A DNA stretch of 64,000 nucleotides, taken from assembly GCA_018715885.1 (NCBI GenBank), contig DVKT01000045.1, positions 5,526 through 69,525 of the forward strand, given 5' to 3'. The number at the start of each line of letters is the position of its first letter. The first letter of the stretch is position 1. A model generated the notes under the pieces. The model was not told where the DNA came from and searched no databases. It was given only the letters and a program-made list of their open reading frames with translations. This DNA is from Candidatus Caccoplasma intestinavium (GTDB lineage Bacteria; Bacteroidota; Bacteroidia; Bacteroidales; UBA11471). Below are positions 1 to 7,817 of the stretch, one piece after another. The translations under genes and the position numbers were made by a program.

Positions 1-446
1 CGGTCGGTGTCCCATTCCCGTATGTCGTCGGTATGAGTGTCGGCGACGGTTTCTCTTTGGCGTATGGTGTAACGGTTATTATCGTAGTAGCGGTTCAATA
101 ACCCGGCCTCGTAAGAATAAAGCAGCGATTGGCAGGCTGCTTCGGGACAGGTTCGAGCCTGAGTGTCGACAAGTTTTATCAGGGCTGGCAGGCTGTCGGT
201 GGCGATGAGTAATTGATACTCACAGTATTCTATGATATGACGCACTACGGCAGGGTAGTTTTTTTGAGCGGAAGCTCGTTTGAGCGATATTTGGGAGAGT
301 CTCAGACTGTCGGACGGATTCTCCGGAAGCTCAGTCCGATTCGGAGATTGGGATAATCGGTTTCCGGCTATGCTTTCGATGGAAAACAGAATCCCGGTCA
401 AAAGGAGAAGGGTTGTCAGATAACGAAATGTTTTCATGTTGTTCAT
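1..446 (-). CDS. Secreted protein of unknown function; N-terminal part only, the gene runs off the left window edge
   Basis: It is absent from the ORF track because the window edge truncates it. Reverse-strand reading from the ATG at 446 (second ATG at 437) gives MNNMKTFRYLTTLLLLTGILFSIESIAG..., a signal-peptide-like N-terminus, and the frame stays open to position 1. Confidence 0.45.
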   Translation of the reverse strand, partial: MNNMKTFRYLTTLLLLTGILFSIESIAGNRLSQSPNRTELPENPSDSLRLSQISLKRASAQKNYPAVVRHIIEYCEYQLLIATDSLPALIKLVDTQARTCPEAACQSLLYSYEAGLLNRYYDNNRYTIRQRETVADTHTDDIREWDTD

Positions 447-593
447 GAGGTATTTATTTACAAATATAGAAATTTAAGCGGCGGCATCTGTTTTATTTTC
501 TATAAACAATTGTTAAGTACCAAATCTCTTGTCGCAAAATTTCTTACTTATTGTCATTCTCCTTATTTTTGCATATAAAAACCTATCCGAGAT

Positions 594-1880
594 ATGAAAA
601 AAACAGAAAGAGATTTCATTATACGGTTGATAAAGCGGGAGGTTGTTCCCGCCATCGGTTGTACCGAGCCTATTGCGGTTGCCTTGTGTGTGTCGAAAGC
701 CGCCCGTTTGTTGGGAAAAGAACCCGAAAAGATAAAAGTATTGTTGAGCGCGAATATCTTGAAAAACGCTATGGGCGTAGGTATTCCGGGGACGGGAATG
801 ATCGGGTTGCCCATTGCCGTTGCTTTGGGTGCTTTGGCGGGAAATCCCGATTATCAGCTCGAAGTACTGAAAGATATAACCTCCGATGATGTAGAGCGCG
901 GGAAACAAGTGATAGCCGAGAATCGTATCGATATACAGTTGAAAGAAAATATTGCCGAGAAACTTTATATCGAGGTGATTATGTCTGCCGGTCCCGATGA
1001 GACGACAGCCATTATTTCGGGTGGGCATACTTGTTTTGTTTATGAGGCACGAAACGGAAACGTATTGCTCGATGAGCGTATTTCTGCTGTCGCAGAGGAA
1101 TCGGAAGAAGACGGCTCTTTGTCTTTGCGTAAGGTCTATGATTTTGCTCTTACCGCACCTCTCGATGAAATTGATTTTATACTCGATTCGGCACGATTGA
1201 ACAAGGCGGCTGCCGAAGCTTCTTTCAAAGGCGATTACGGGCACTCGTTGGGTAAGTCTTTGCGCAATGACAATGAACGACGTGTAATGGGAGACAGCGT
1301 TTTTACCCGTATTCTTTCTTACACGTCGGGAGCGTGCGATGCACGCATGGCCGGAGCCATGATTCCTGTCATGAGCAATTCGGGTAGCGGTAATCAGGGT
1401 ATTGCCGCGACGTTGCCTGTCGTGGTGTATGCCGAGGAAAATCAGAAAAGCCGGGAAGAAATGATTCGTGCGTTGGTATTGAGTCATCTTACCGTGATTT
1501 ATATCAAGCAGAGTCTCGGGCGGCTTTCGGCATTGTGTGGTTGTGTTGTTGCGGCCACAGGTTCGAGTTGCGGAATTACTTATCTCATGGGAGGCGGATA
1601 TGAAGAGATGACCTATGCCGTGAAAAATATGGTTGCCAATCTCACCGGAATGATTTGCGACGGGGCGAAACCGAGTTGTGCCATGAAACTTACCAGCGGT
1701 GTTTCTACGGCTGTGTTTTCGGCCATGCTGGCGATGGAGCACAAATGTGTTACGGCAGTTGAGGGAATTATCGAAAATGACGTCGATCGTACCATACATA
1801 ATCTGACTCGTATCGGTGCGCAGGGAATGAATGAGACCGATCGTCTCGTGCTCGATATTATGACGCACAAATGTCCGTAA
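594..1880 (+). CDS. UPF0597/YhaM-type L-cysteine desulfidase family protein (serine dehydratase alpha-chain-like)
   Basis: 428-aa ORF. The segments REVVPAIGCTEPIAVALCVSKAA and SNSGSGNQGIAATLPV match what I recognise as the YhaM/CyuA (UPF0597) family. The 451-aa antisense ORF is a shadow frame. Confidence 0.8.
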   Translation: MKKTERDFIIRLIKREVVPAIGCTEPIAVALCVSKAARLLGKEPEKIKVLLSANILKNAMGVGIPGTGMIGLPIAVALGALAGNPDYQLEVLKDITSDDVERGKQVIAENRIDIQLKENIAEKLYIEVIMSAGPDETTAIISGGHTCFVYEARNGNVLLDERISAVAEESEEDGSLSLRKVYDFALTAPLDEIDFILDSARLNKAAAEASFKGDYGHSLGKSLRNDNERRVMGDSVFTRILSYTSGACDARMAGAMIPVMSNSGSGNQGIAATLPVVVYAEENQKSREEMIRALVLSHLTVIYIKQSLGRLSALCGCVVAATGSSCGITYLMGGGYEEMTYAVKNMVANLTGMICDGAKPSCAMKLTSGVSTAVFSAMLAMEHKCVTAVEGIIENDVDRTIHNLTRIGAQGMNETDRLVLDIMTHKCP

Positions 1881-1906
1881 TTCAGGAGTTAGTTATAGGA
1901 TAATAG

Positions 1907-1937
1907 AACGGGGACGCTTTTTTCTGCGTACCCCGTT
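1907..1937 (+). terminator. Stem-loop downstream of the YhaM-like gene
   Basis: AACGGGGACGC-TTTTTTCT-GCGTACCCCGTT followed by TTTGTTTT. Confidence 0.55.
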
Positions 1938-2023
1938 TTGTTTTATCATTTTCCCTCCTTGAATATACTGTTGAGTTATGACCATAGGATAGGATTTTTC
2001 CCCAAAAACACATGTCATTCTGA

Positions 2024-2251
2024 AAGGCTTTGTCTTGAAGAATCTCCTGCTAAATGAGTATTTTGTAAGAGATCTTTCACTCTCGTTCGAGAGACAATAG
2101 TGTAGCGTGTTAGAGATTCCTCGATAGGCCCGGAATGACAAGGTGTTTTGTCATTCTGACGACCGTAAGAGAGGAAGAATCTCAACGAATGGAGAATCGG
2201 GATCTCCTCACACTTGACCATAGATTTCGGTTTGGAATGATGATATATTTG
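2024..2251. repeat. Cluster of REP-like palindromic units (GTCATTCYGA-N-GARGAATCTC family) in a convergent intergenic region
   Basis: Forward units lie at 2024-2056 and 2160-2193, and a reverse unit at 2123-2149. Degenerate copies sit at ~2080-2109 and ~2202-2251. The same family recurs at 8375-8536. Confidence 0.65.
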
Positions 2252-2305
2252 TTCGTTCGGAATGTCCGGTATTTCCCACATTGGGGATATCTCGGGAAAG
2301 AGTCA

Positions 2306-4639
2306 TCAGAATGGGTAACCTACTGCAAAGTGGAATGATGCGTCGCGGCTGAAAGTATGGTGAGCGATGACCCACGGACGATTGCCTATGCGGGACGGAT
2401 CGTACATTTTAAGACCCATGTCGACACGTATCAGGAAGTAATTGAAGTCGAATCGTACTCCCAGGCCGTAGGCTAAGGCAATTTCTTTATAGAAAGAATT
2501 GAATTTGAATTTTCCGCCCGGTTGGGAGGGATAGTCTTTGATCGTCCAGATGTTTCCTGCGTCGAGAAAAAGGGCGAGTTCCAGTTTCCAGATGAGTTTA
2601 CTGCGGTATTCGGCGTTCATGTCGAGGCGTATGTCGCCGCATTGGTTCATAAAGTCGGCCAAAGGATTGTTTCCCGAGTAGGTGCCCGGTCCCAATGTCC
2701 TCACCGACCAGCCGCGTACACTGTTGGCGCCTCCCGAGTAGTATCGTTTTTCAAACGGTACCATGTCGGAGTTTCCATAAGGGTATATAATACCGCCTCC
2801 GATGTGGAATGCCAGTGCGTTTTTTTCATTCAGGTTCAGTGTATAGGCATAGTCGAGATCGGCTTTGGCGTATTGCGAGTAACTGATGCCGAGTATTTCA
2901 TATTCGCCCGAAGGGGAGCGTTTCATCGAAGAAAGAGATGAAATGGCGTATAGCAAGTTTCCTGCGATTTCCCAAGCCGATCGCAAAGTGTAGATTTTGC
3001 GTTGCTTGGCCGAGTTGGCGATATTGCTTTTCAGGTTCGACATATAAAGCACGTAAGCTGATCGCATGATGAAGTGATCTTCATAACTGTATCGGAGCAA
3101 TGGGTTATCGGCGGCAATACTGTCGAGGTTGTTTTTGAATGCCGTTGTCATCTGGGGCAGATACACGTAGTTGATGTCGACGAGGTCGAAATGATGTCTG
3201 AACCGGTTTCCTCGCGTATACCATTTGTAGTTCCAGCCTACGCCCGATATGACCCTCACGTACTCGGGTCGTTGCTGGTAGTCGATATTGATGGTGAAAT
3301 CGGTGGTGGCCCTCATACGTCGCAGGAATGAGGTACTGACAAAAGGAAAAAGAAACTTGGGGAAAGAGACACCCAATTCTCCACTCAATTCGAGATAGTT
3401 ATTGGAAAGAAGTCCACCCAAATCGCCGGTAATATTCTCGTATGCGGCTCTGAATTTGGCGCTGAATGTCTGAGAGCCGTGAAAGATGTTTCGGTGTTGG
3501 TAGGTGAGCCCGAGGGAAAAACCGAAGTTTCCGGCCGAGTTTGTCCCTTCGAGTTCTGTCGTTACCAACTGGGTTTTCCCCTCGGTGAGCAGGATATGGC
3601 AGTCGAGTTGCGGTGTCTCGCTGCCGGCTACGGGGGTAAATTGTATATTGACGTATTTTAGGACTTTCAACCGTGAAAATGCCGCATAGGTATTGTCGAC
3701 CATGCGGGTGGAGTAACTCATGCCCGGTATGATATAACAATTCTCGACCAGTGTGGCGGGATGCAAATACTCTTTTTCTCCGTAAAGAATATAAAATCCT
3801 TTATATAAAATCGTGTCTTTTATCGAATAGCGTTCTTCCGGGCTACTACCCATCGGGTTGTAATCGGTGATGAAATAGACGTCGCGTACGGTGTAGGTAT
3901 CGTGTCTCTTGAACGACACGAGTTCTTTCCGTGAAGAATCAGCGACAGGAATATCCGAGAGATTGAGTTCGAGGTCGACACCTTTATTTCCGATCGTCGT
4001 ATCGGCGGTATAAGTGATATATTCCTTGTTGAATGCGTAATAACCGGCATTCCGTAGTTGCGCCGTAATGCGTTGTCGTTCTTGTTCGAGGATATTTCGG
4101 TCGAATAATTTTCCCGGACGAACGAGAGAATTGGTCGAGTCGGAGATAACGATTTTCCTGATGGAGTCGTTGAAGATACGGTATGTCATTCGGTCGATAT
4201 GATAAGGAGTTCCCGATTTGACATCGTATTTTACCTTGATGCGTTTTTTGTGTTTGATTGTGTCTACGGTTACTATTGCATCGGTGTAACCCTTGTTGTA
4301 GAGGGCTTTTTCGATTTGGCTTCGTGATTTTTCCGTCAGTTGGCTGTCGTAGATGACAGGAGGCGTACCGATGCGTCGCAACCAGCGGTTCCAACCGTTA
4401 TCTTTATCGTTTGACAAGTTGTAGAAGAAAAGGGGGAGACCTATGAGCCCGAAAGTTTTGTGATTGGGCTCTTGACGTATATACGATTTTAATTCACTGT
4501 TTTTCAGATTCCGATTATCTGTCGAGAGCGATATGCGGTCGAGCAGATATTCGCCTTCACCCACATGCTTGGTTGCCCGACAGGAATATAGCAGCGGGAT
4601 AATGACCGGTATGAGCAGCAACAGGCGAAGTTTCATCAT
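2306..4639 (-). CDS. Omp85/BamA-TamA family outer-membrane protein (POTRA plus beta-barrel)
   Basis: Long ORF ending ...FHFAVGYPF, with the GGANSVRGW motif. It is a paralogue of the 49645-51954 product (GGANSIRAF...LAIGYPF). I place the start at MMKLRLLLLIPVIIPLLYSC (lipoprotein-type signal), because the ORF-track start at 4717 lies inside a predicted promoter. Confidence 0.85.
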   Translation of the reverse strand: MMKLRLLLLIPVIIPLLYSCRATKHVGEGEYLLDRISLSTDNRNLKNSELKSYIRQEPNHKTFGLIGLPLFFYNLSNDKDNGWNRWLRRIGTPPVIYDSQLTEKSRSQIEKALYNKGYTDAIVTVDTIKHKKRIKVKYDVKSGTPYHIDRMTYRIFNDSIRKIVISDSTNSLVRPGKLFDRNILEQERQRITAQLRNAGYYAFNKEYITYTADTTIGNKGVDLELNLSDIPVADSSRKELVSFKRHDTYTVRDVYFITDYNPMGSSPEERYSIKDTILYKGFYILYGEKEYLHPATLVENCYIIPGMSYSTRMVDNTYAAFSRLKVLKYVNIQFTPVAGSETPQLDCHILLTEGKTQLVTTELEGTNSAGNFGFSLGLTYQHRNIFHGSQTFSAKFRAAYENITGDLGGLLSNNYLELSGELGVSFPKFLFPFVSTSFLRRMRATTDFTINIDYQQRPEYVRVISGVGWNYKWYTRGNRFRHHFDLVDINYVYLPQMTTAFKNNLDSIAADNPLLRYSYEDHFIMRSAYVLYMSNLKSNIANSAKQRKIYTLRSAWEIAGNLLYAISSLSSMKRSPSGEYEILGISYSQYAKADLDYAYTLNLNEKNALAFHIGGGIIYPYGNSDMVPFEKRYYSGGANSVRGWSVRTLGPGTYSGNNPLADFMNQCGDIRLDMNAEYRSKLIWKLELALFLDAGNIWTIKDYPSQPGGKFKFNSFYKEIALAYGLGVRFDFNYFLIRVDMGLKMYDPSRIGNRPWVIAHHTFSRDASFHFAVGYPF

Positions 4640-4688
4640 AAAAACAGGCTCCGGACTTGAAAAATGAGATAACCGATATTTTTGCATA

Positions 4689-4720
4689 CAAACGTACATA
4701 ATTCTCGTTTCATACACAAA
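4689..4720 (-). promoter_or_regulatory. Candidate Bacteroidetes sigma-A-type promoter for the Omp85-family gene
   Basis: The reverse strand has TTTG (4717-4720) and TACGTTTG (4689-4696, TAnnTTTG) with a 20-nt spacer, about 50 nt upstream of the ATG at 4639. Confidence 0.4.
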
Positions 4721-4861
4721 TTATGGCATTTCAAAAACCATTACTTTCTGTTATGTAATATATGCGCCGTTTTGTATTGTTCAGATTGTTTTATGAAAAT
4801 TTTTCTTGTCGGGAAGAATGTTTATGTGTAAATAGATTTTTTCTAAATGTTTATATAATCG

Positions 4862-4906
4862 GCTAATTCAAATGTACAAAATTGCAAATTCAAATGTACA
4901 GAATTT
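4862..4906 (+). repeat. Two direct end repeats (TTCAAATGTACA core), candidate transposase-binding sites at the fibre/modification end
   Basis: AAATGTACA occurs at 4870-4878 and 4892-4900, exactly 22 bp apart. Inverted copies lie at 38307-38315 and 38398-38406. Confidence 0.55.
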
Positions 4907-5061
4907 TTTCTTTTCTACGATTTAAGGGAATAAGATATTGTATTAAAGAAAAGAAGGTTATCTTTGGGAGATTATTATTGACAAAAATTCGTATCGGGTC
5001 TGTTTGGTTGTGAAACCGGACAGGCTTTTTTTATGTTGTCCGGCATGACCGGCTTGTATGT

Positions 5062-5101
5062 AAAAAATGTACTGAAAAGAATGATTTTCAGTACATTTTT
5101 T
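5062..5101. repeat. Perfect 17-bp-arm palindrome containing the end-repeat core; possible bidirectional terminator or protein-binding site
   Basis: AAAAAATGTACTGAAAA-GAATGA-TTTTCAGTACATTTTTT. Confidence 0.5.
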
Positions 5102-5135
5102 GTGTGTAAATATTTGGCTGTTACGAATAAAATAC

Positions 5136-5160
5136 CTATCAATTATGACATAATTGATAG
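5136..5160 (-). terminator. Hairpin immediately downstream of the methyltransferase gene
   Basis: CTATCAATTAT-GAC-ATAATTGATAG (11-bp perfect arms), about 80 nt past the stop at 5243. Confidence 0.45.
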
Positions 5161-5242
5161 GCTTGTCCTTTTGACAAAAGCCCGGGGTTTGATTCCTGTT
5201 TGAATGATGTTCAAATGGCGTTTTGCGCTTATCCGGCAGTTT

Positions 5243-6073
5243 TCAAAGGCACCATTTGTAGAGCATGATGTCCGTGTATTTGGCCTGATAGTTCATGTGT
5301 TCTCTTATTTCCGTCCTTCCGCAACCGGCGAAAGGGTTTCCGAGGTTTCTGTTTTTTCCTATCCATTCGCACAGTTCGACCACGGAGGATTTTTCCGAGG
5401 TGAAATAGATGAAAGGCTTGTCCTGCAAGATGGTGAGTACGTCGAGGTAATCGGACAGTTTCCAGCTCATGTTGTATGTGCCGACTTCGGTGGACAGATA
5501 AGGCGGGTCGATCAGGAAGACGACTCCGGGAAGGTCTTTGTAGCGGGCGAACAGTTCCTTGTAGTCGCAGCATGTGATGACAAGCCCGTCCAGATAACCG
5601 GGGCACAGCGGATAGTCCGTCGTCCGAATATTGTTGTAAAGGGTCTCCTTTTTCATCTCGTCGAGGTTCAGACTGTATTTCATGGAGAACATCAGCGACG
5701 ACGAGAGGGTGATGTAGTCGACATACCCGTTTTTTTCTTCCCGGGCGATGAGTCCGATTATCTTTTCCCGGGCTTCTCCGGTAATGCGTTTATGCCTTTG
5801 TATGTCCGATGCGGCCTTCCTTATGTCTGCCAGCAGGGCGTTTGTGCGGGGTATGGCTTCGAGTCTGTGGCGGTAGTTGTCGAAATCGTTGTAGACGACC
5901 GTCGCGTCGGGCCGTTGATGCTTGGCGATGTGCGATAGCAACCCCGAACCGCCGAACAGGTCGACAAAGGTACGGGCGTCCCCGAATTGTTGCAGGACGG
6001 AGATGAAGTCGCGCGCGAACATACGTTTTTGCCCCATGAAAGGCAGCGGGGCAGAGAGATACAGTTTTTTCAT
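5243..6073 (-). CDS. Dam-like (D12-class) N6-adenine DNA methyltransferase
   Basis: 276 aa. The N-terminal PFMGQKRMF resembles the Dam xGGK motif. DLFGGSG is the FxGxG AdoMet motif, VVYNDFD is Dam-like, and IDPPY is the catalytic DPPY motif. Confidence 0.85.
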   Translation of the reverse strand: MKKLYLSAPLPFMGQKRMFARDFISVLQQFGDARTFVDLFGGSGLLSHIAKHQRPDATVVYNDFDNYRHRLEAIPRTNALLADIRKAASDIQRHKRITGEAREKIIGLIAREEKNGYVDYITLSSSLMFSMKYSLNLDEMKKETLYNNIRTTDYPLCPGYLDGLVITCCDYKELFARYKDLPGVVFLIDPPYLSTEVGTYNMSWKLSDYLDVLTILQDKPFIYFTSEKSSVVELCEWIGKNRNLGNPFAGCGRTEIREHMNYQAKYTDIMLYKWCL

Positions 6074-6088
6074 TGTAAATGTAAAGGA

Positions 6089-6727
6089 TTATACGTTCAG
6101 TTCAAATTTCACATTTTCATTTCCCGAGAGCAGCTCACGGGTCTTTTCCCGGTTGTTTTCGTAGATGTGGACGTTCCCGAGGTTCAGGGTAATCGATCCG
6201 AGTGGCAGGTCTATCTGCCGGGCCATGAGGTAGAGGTGGTAGATGTCTGCGGGCAGACCGAGGTTGGCGTCGGAACTGCGTTGGTAGGCCGACACGACCA
6301 GCCGGCCGTCATCGATCTGGAACTGCACGAGGCTCAGGCAGGGGGCTTGGTTGCTTTCCGCACCGGTGGCGCCCAGAAAGAGGACATAGTTCTTGCTGTT
6401 GCGTTTTTCCCGGTTTATCCGTTCGATAAGCGGTGGGAGCTTTTCCAAATAGGTGGGGTAACTGTTTACCAGTACGGGGCCGCAATAATCCCACCAGTTG
6501 ATTCCTGCATCGCGGTATTTCTCCACGGTGCGCTCGCCTTGCATGAAGAGGTCGAGTTCGTTTCGCAGTTTTTTGCGGGCGATGTTGTGCCCCTCGAAAA
6601 TGTCGAGCAGGTCGGCGGGTGTAAGGTGTAACCTCTCGTTGAGCAGACAGATTATGTCCCCTTTCCTGTTGTGTTGCCGTTTGCCCGTATCAAGTATGCG
6701 GGCCAGCATTTGATAATATTTGTTCAT
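6089..6727 (-). CDS. Thymidylate-synthase-fold protein, truncated, with Asp at the ThyA Asn177 position (predicted dCMP C5-methyl/hydroxymethyl transferase-like)
   Basis: Start set at MNKYYQMLARILDTGKRQHNRKGD (compare ThyA [23 protein letters not shown]). Further matches are APCLSLVQFQ (ThyA APCHAFFQFY, catalytic Cys), YQRSSDANLGLPADI (ThyA YQRSCDVFLGLPFNI) and GNVHIYENN (ThyA GDTHLYSNH). The protein is about 212 aa and ends about 20 aa after the last motif. Confidence 0.75.
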   Translation of the reverse strand: MNKYYQMLARILDTGKRQHNRKGDIICLLNERLHLTPADLLDIFEGHNIARKKLRNELDLFMQGERTVEKYRDAGINWWDYCGPVLVNSYPTYLEKLPPLIERINREKRNSKNYVLFLGATGAESNQAPCLSLVQFQIDDGRLVVSAYQRSSDANLGLPADIYHLYLMARQIDLPLGSITLNLGNVHIYENNREKTRELLSGNENVKFELNV

Positions 6728-6790
6728 TCGATCGTTTTTTCGGTTTATTGTTTTATATTTGCAATATCTCACTCACATACGATAATGCAC

Positions 6791-6845
6791 AAAAGCGCCA
6801 TATCGCGGTCAGAAGGCATAAGCCCCCGACTGTGCGATATGGCGC
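6791..6845 (-). terminator. Strong hairpin plus T-run separating the lysis cassette from the ThyA-like/methylase module
   Basis: 12-bp perfect arms GCGCCATATCGC (6795-6806) and GCGATATGGCGC (6834-6845). On the minus strand the hairpin is followed by TTTTGTG. Confidence 0.55.
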
Positions 6846-6915
6846 ATCTTTGTGTTAGTATGTGGGTGAGATCTCTACTAACAGGTTGGGGGCTTTTTTA
6901 TCCCCCCTATATTTT

Positions 6916-7410
6916 TTATTTCTTCAAGAAAAGCCGTGTCGCCGTCCAAGCGACCGCTCCGGCTATGAGTACGAGCATTATGTTGCCCAACCATATCCTC
7001 ATTTGAGTGAACCAGTTCAATTCCTTTTCGACGGGAACGATCTTCGGCACCACTTTCTCACGGTAGATAATCGAGTCGCGCACCTGTACCCCTACCTCCC
7101 GGGAAAGGGTGTCGGTGCGGGGTTTTGTCTCCAACGAATGGGACAGGGAGCCGTCAGGGTTGACGCGGGCGTCGCTCACGGCGTAGTCGTTTTCGAGGTG
7201 CGAGGTGCTGTCGGCAGTCGTCCGCTCGGCCGATTGCGCCGGGACTTCGACAAAAAGGGTGTCGGTTACTTTTATCTCCCGTACCCGCTCTTCTACCCGC
7301 ACGCTGTCGCGTGCCTCTACTACAACGACCTGCCTGCCGGTGCGGCACGAGGAGAACAGCAGCAGGGCAACGGCAAAGGTCATCAATGAGACTGTCTTGT
7401 TTCTGTTCAT
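6916..7410 (-). CDS. Unimolecular-spanin-like lysis protein (N-terminal lipoprotein signal plus C-terminal transmembrane helix)
   Basis: MNRNKTVSLMTFAVALLLFSSC is lipobox-like, and the C-terminal WLGNIMLVLIAGAVAWTATRLFLKK is a TM helix. The start overlaps the upstream stop (ATGA). The gene lies directly after the putative endolysin. Confidence 0.6.
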   Translation of the reverse strand: MNRNKTVSLMTFAVALLLFSSCRTGRQVVVVEARDSVRVEERVREIKVTDTLFVEVPAQSAERTTADSTSHLENDYAVSDARVNPDGSLSHSLETKPRTDTLSREVGVQVRDSIIYREKVVPKIVPVEKELNWFTQMRIWLGNIMLVLIAGAVAWTATRLFLKK

Positions 7411-7817
7411 ACGATCTCTATTTTTATGGTTTCTCCGCCCGATTGGGCTGCCTTGCACAGTTCCACCAGCCTCTCTTCGTAAGGTGTTGAATTGATGACT
7501 TTCCCTTTTTCCTTGTTTTCACCCACCAATATGCAGCCCGCCGAATCCGCCGCCGTATTTCCCCGGTGGATAAGAACGCCCTCGAACTGCGGCACGTCCA
7601 GCAGCCGCGGCAGGTCGCGCCCGAACTTAGGCGACCGGTTCACGATGACTTTGTACACTCCCTCGGGTATGGCCGTCTCGCCGGGAACTTTTGCCTCGCC
7701 GCCCGCAAGGTCGCGCACCCGGTCTTCGAGCGTGTCGCAAAACCTTTCCCCGTCCACATACAGCGTGCCTATCGTATAGGCCTCTCCCTTGAATCGTCTT
7801 TCCAATAAAAGTTTCAT
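7407..7817 (-). CDS. DUF5675-like protein, putative peptidoglycan-acting lysis enzyme
   Basis: 136 aa. The pattern YTIGTLYVDGERFCDTLED...PRLLDVPQFEGVLIHRGNTAADSAGCILVGENK is one I recognise from Bacteroidales prophage DUF5675 proteins. The H...SxGC signature is reminiscent of the YkuD fold. The gene sits between the holin-like and spanin-like genes. Confidence 0.55.
   Translation of the reverse strand: MKLLLERRFKGEAYTIGTLYVDGERFCDTLEDRVRDLAGGEAKVPGETAIPEGVYKVIVNRSPKFGRDLPRLLDVPQFEGVLIHRGNTAADSAGCILVGENKEKGKVINSTPYEERLVELCKAAQSGGETIKIEIV

Noticed and set aside
513-1868. 451-aa minus-strand ORF
   Set aside because: It lies entirely antisense to the well-supported YhaM/UPF0597-family gene, has low-complexity Arg/His-rich content and shows no recognisable motifs. 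It is a shadow frame.
5204-6631. Plus-strand ORFs of 244 aa and 214 aa across the methylase and ThyA-like genes
   Set aside because: These are antisense shadows of minus-strand genes that carry clear catalytic motifs (DPPY, the PC...YQRS.D signature).
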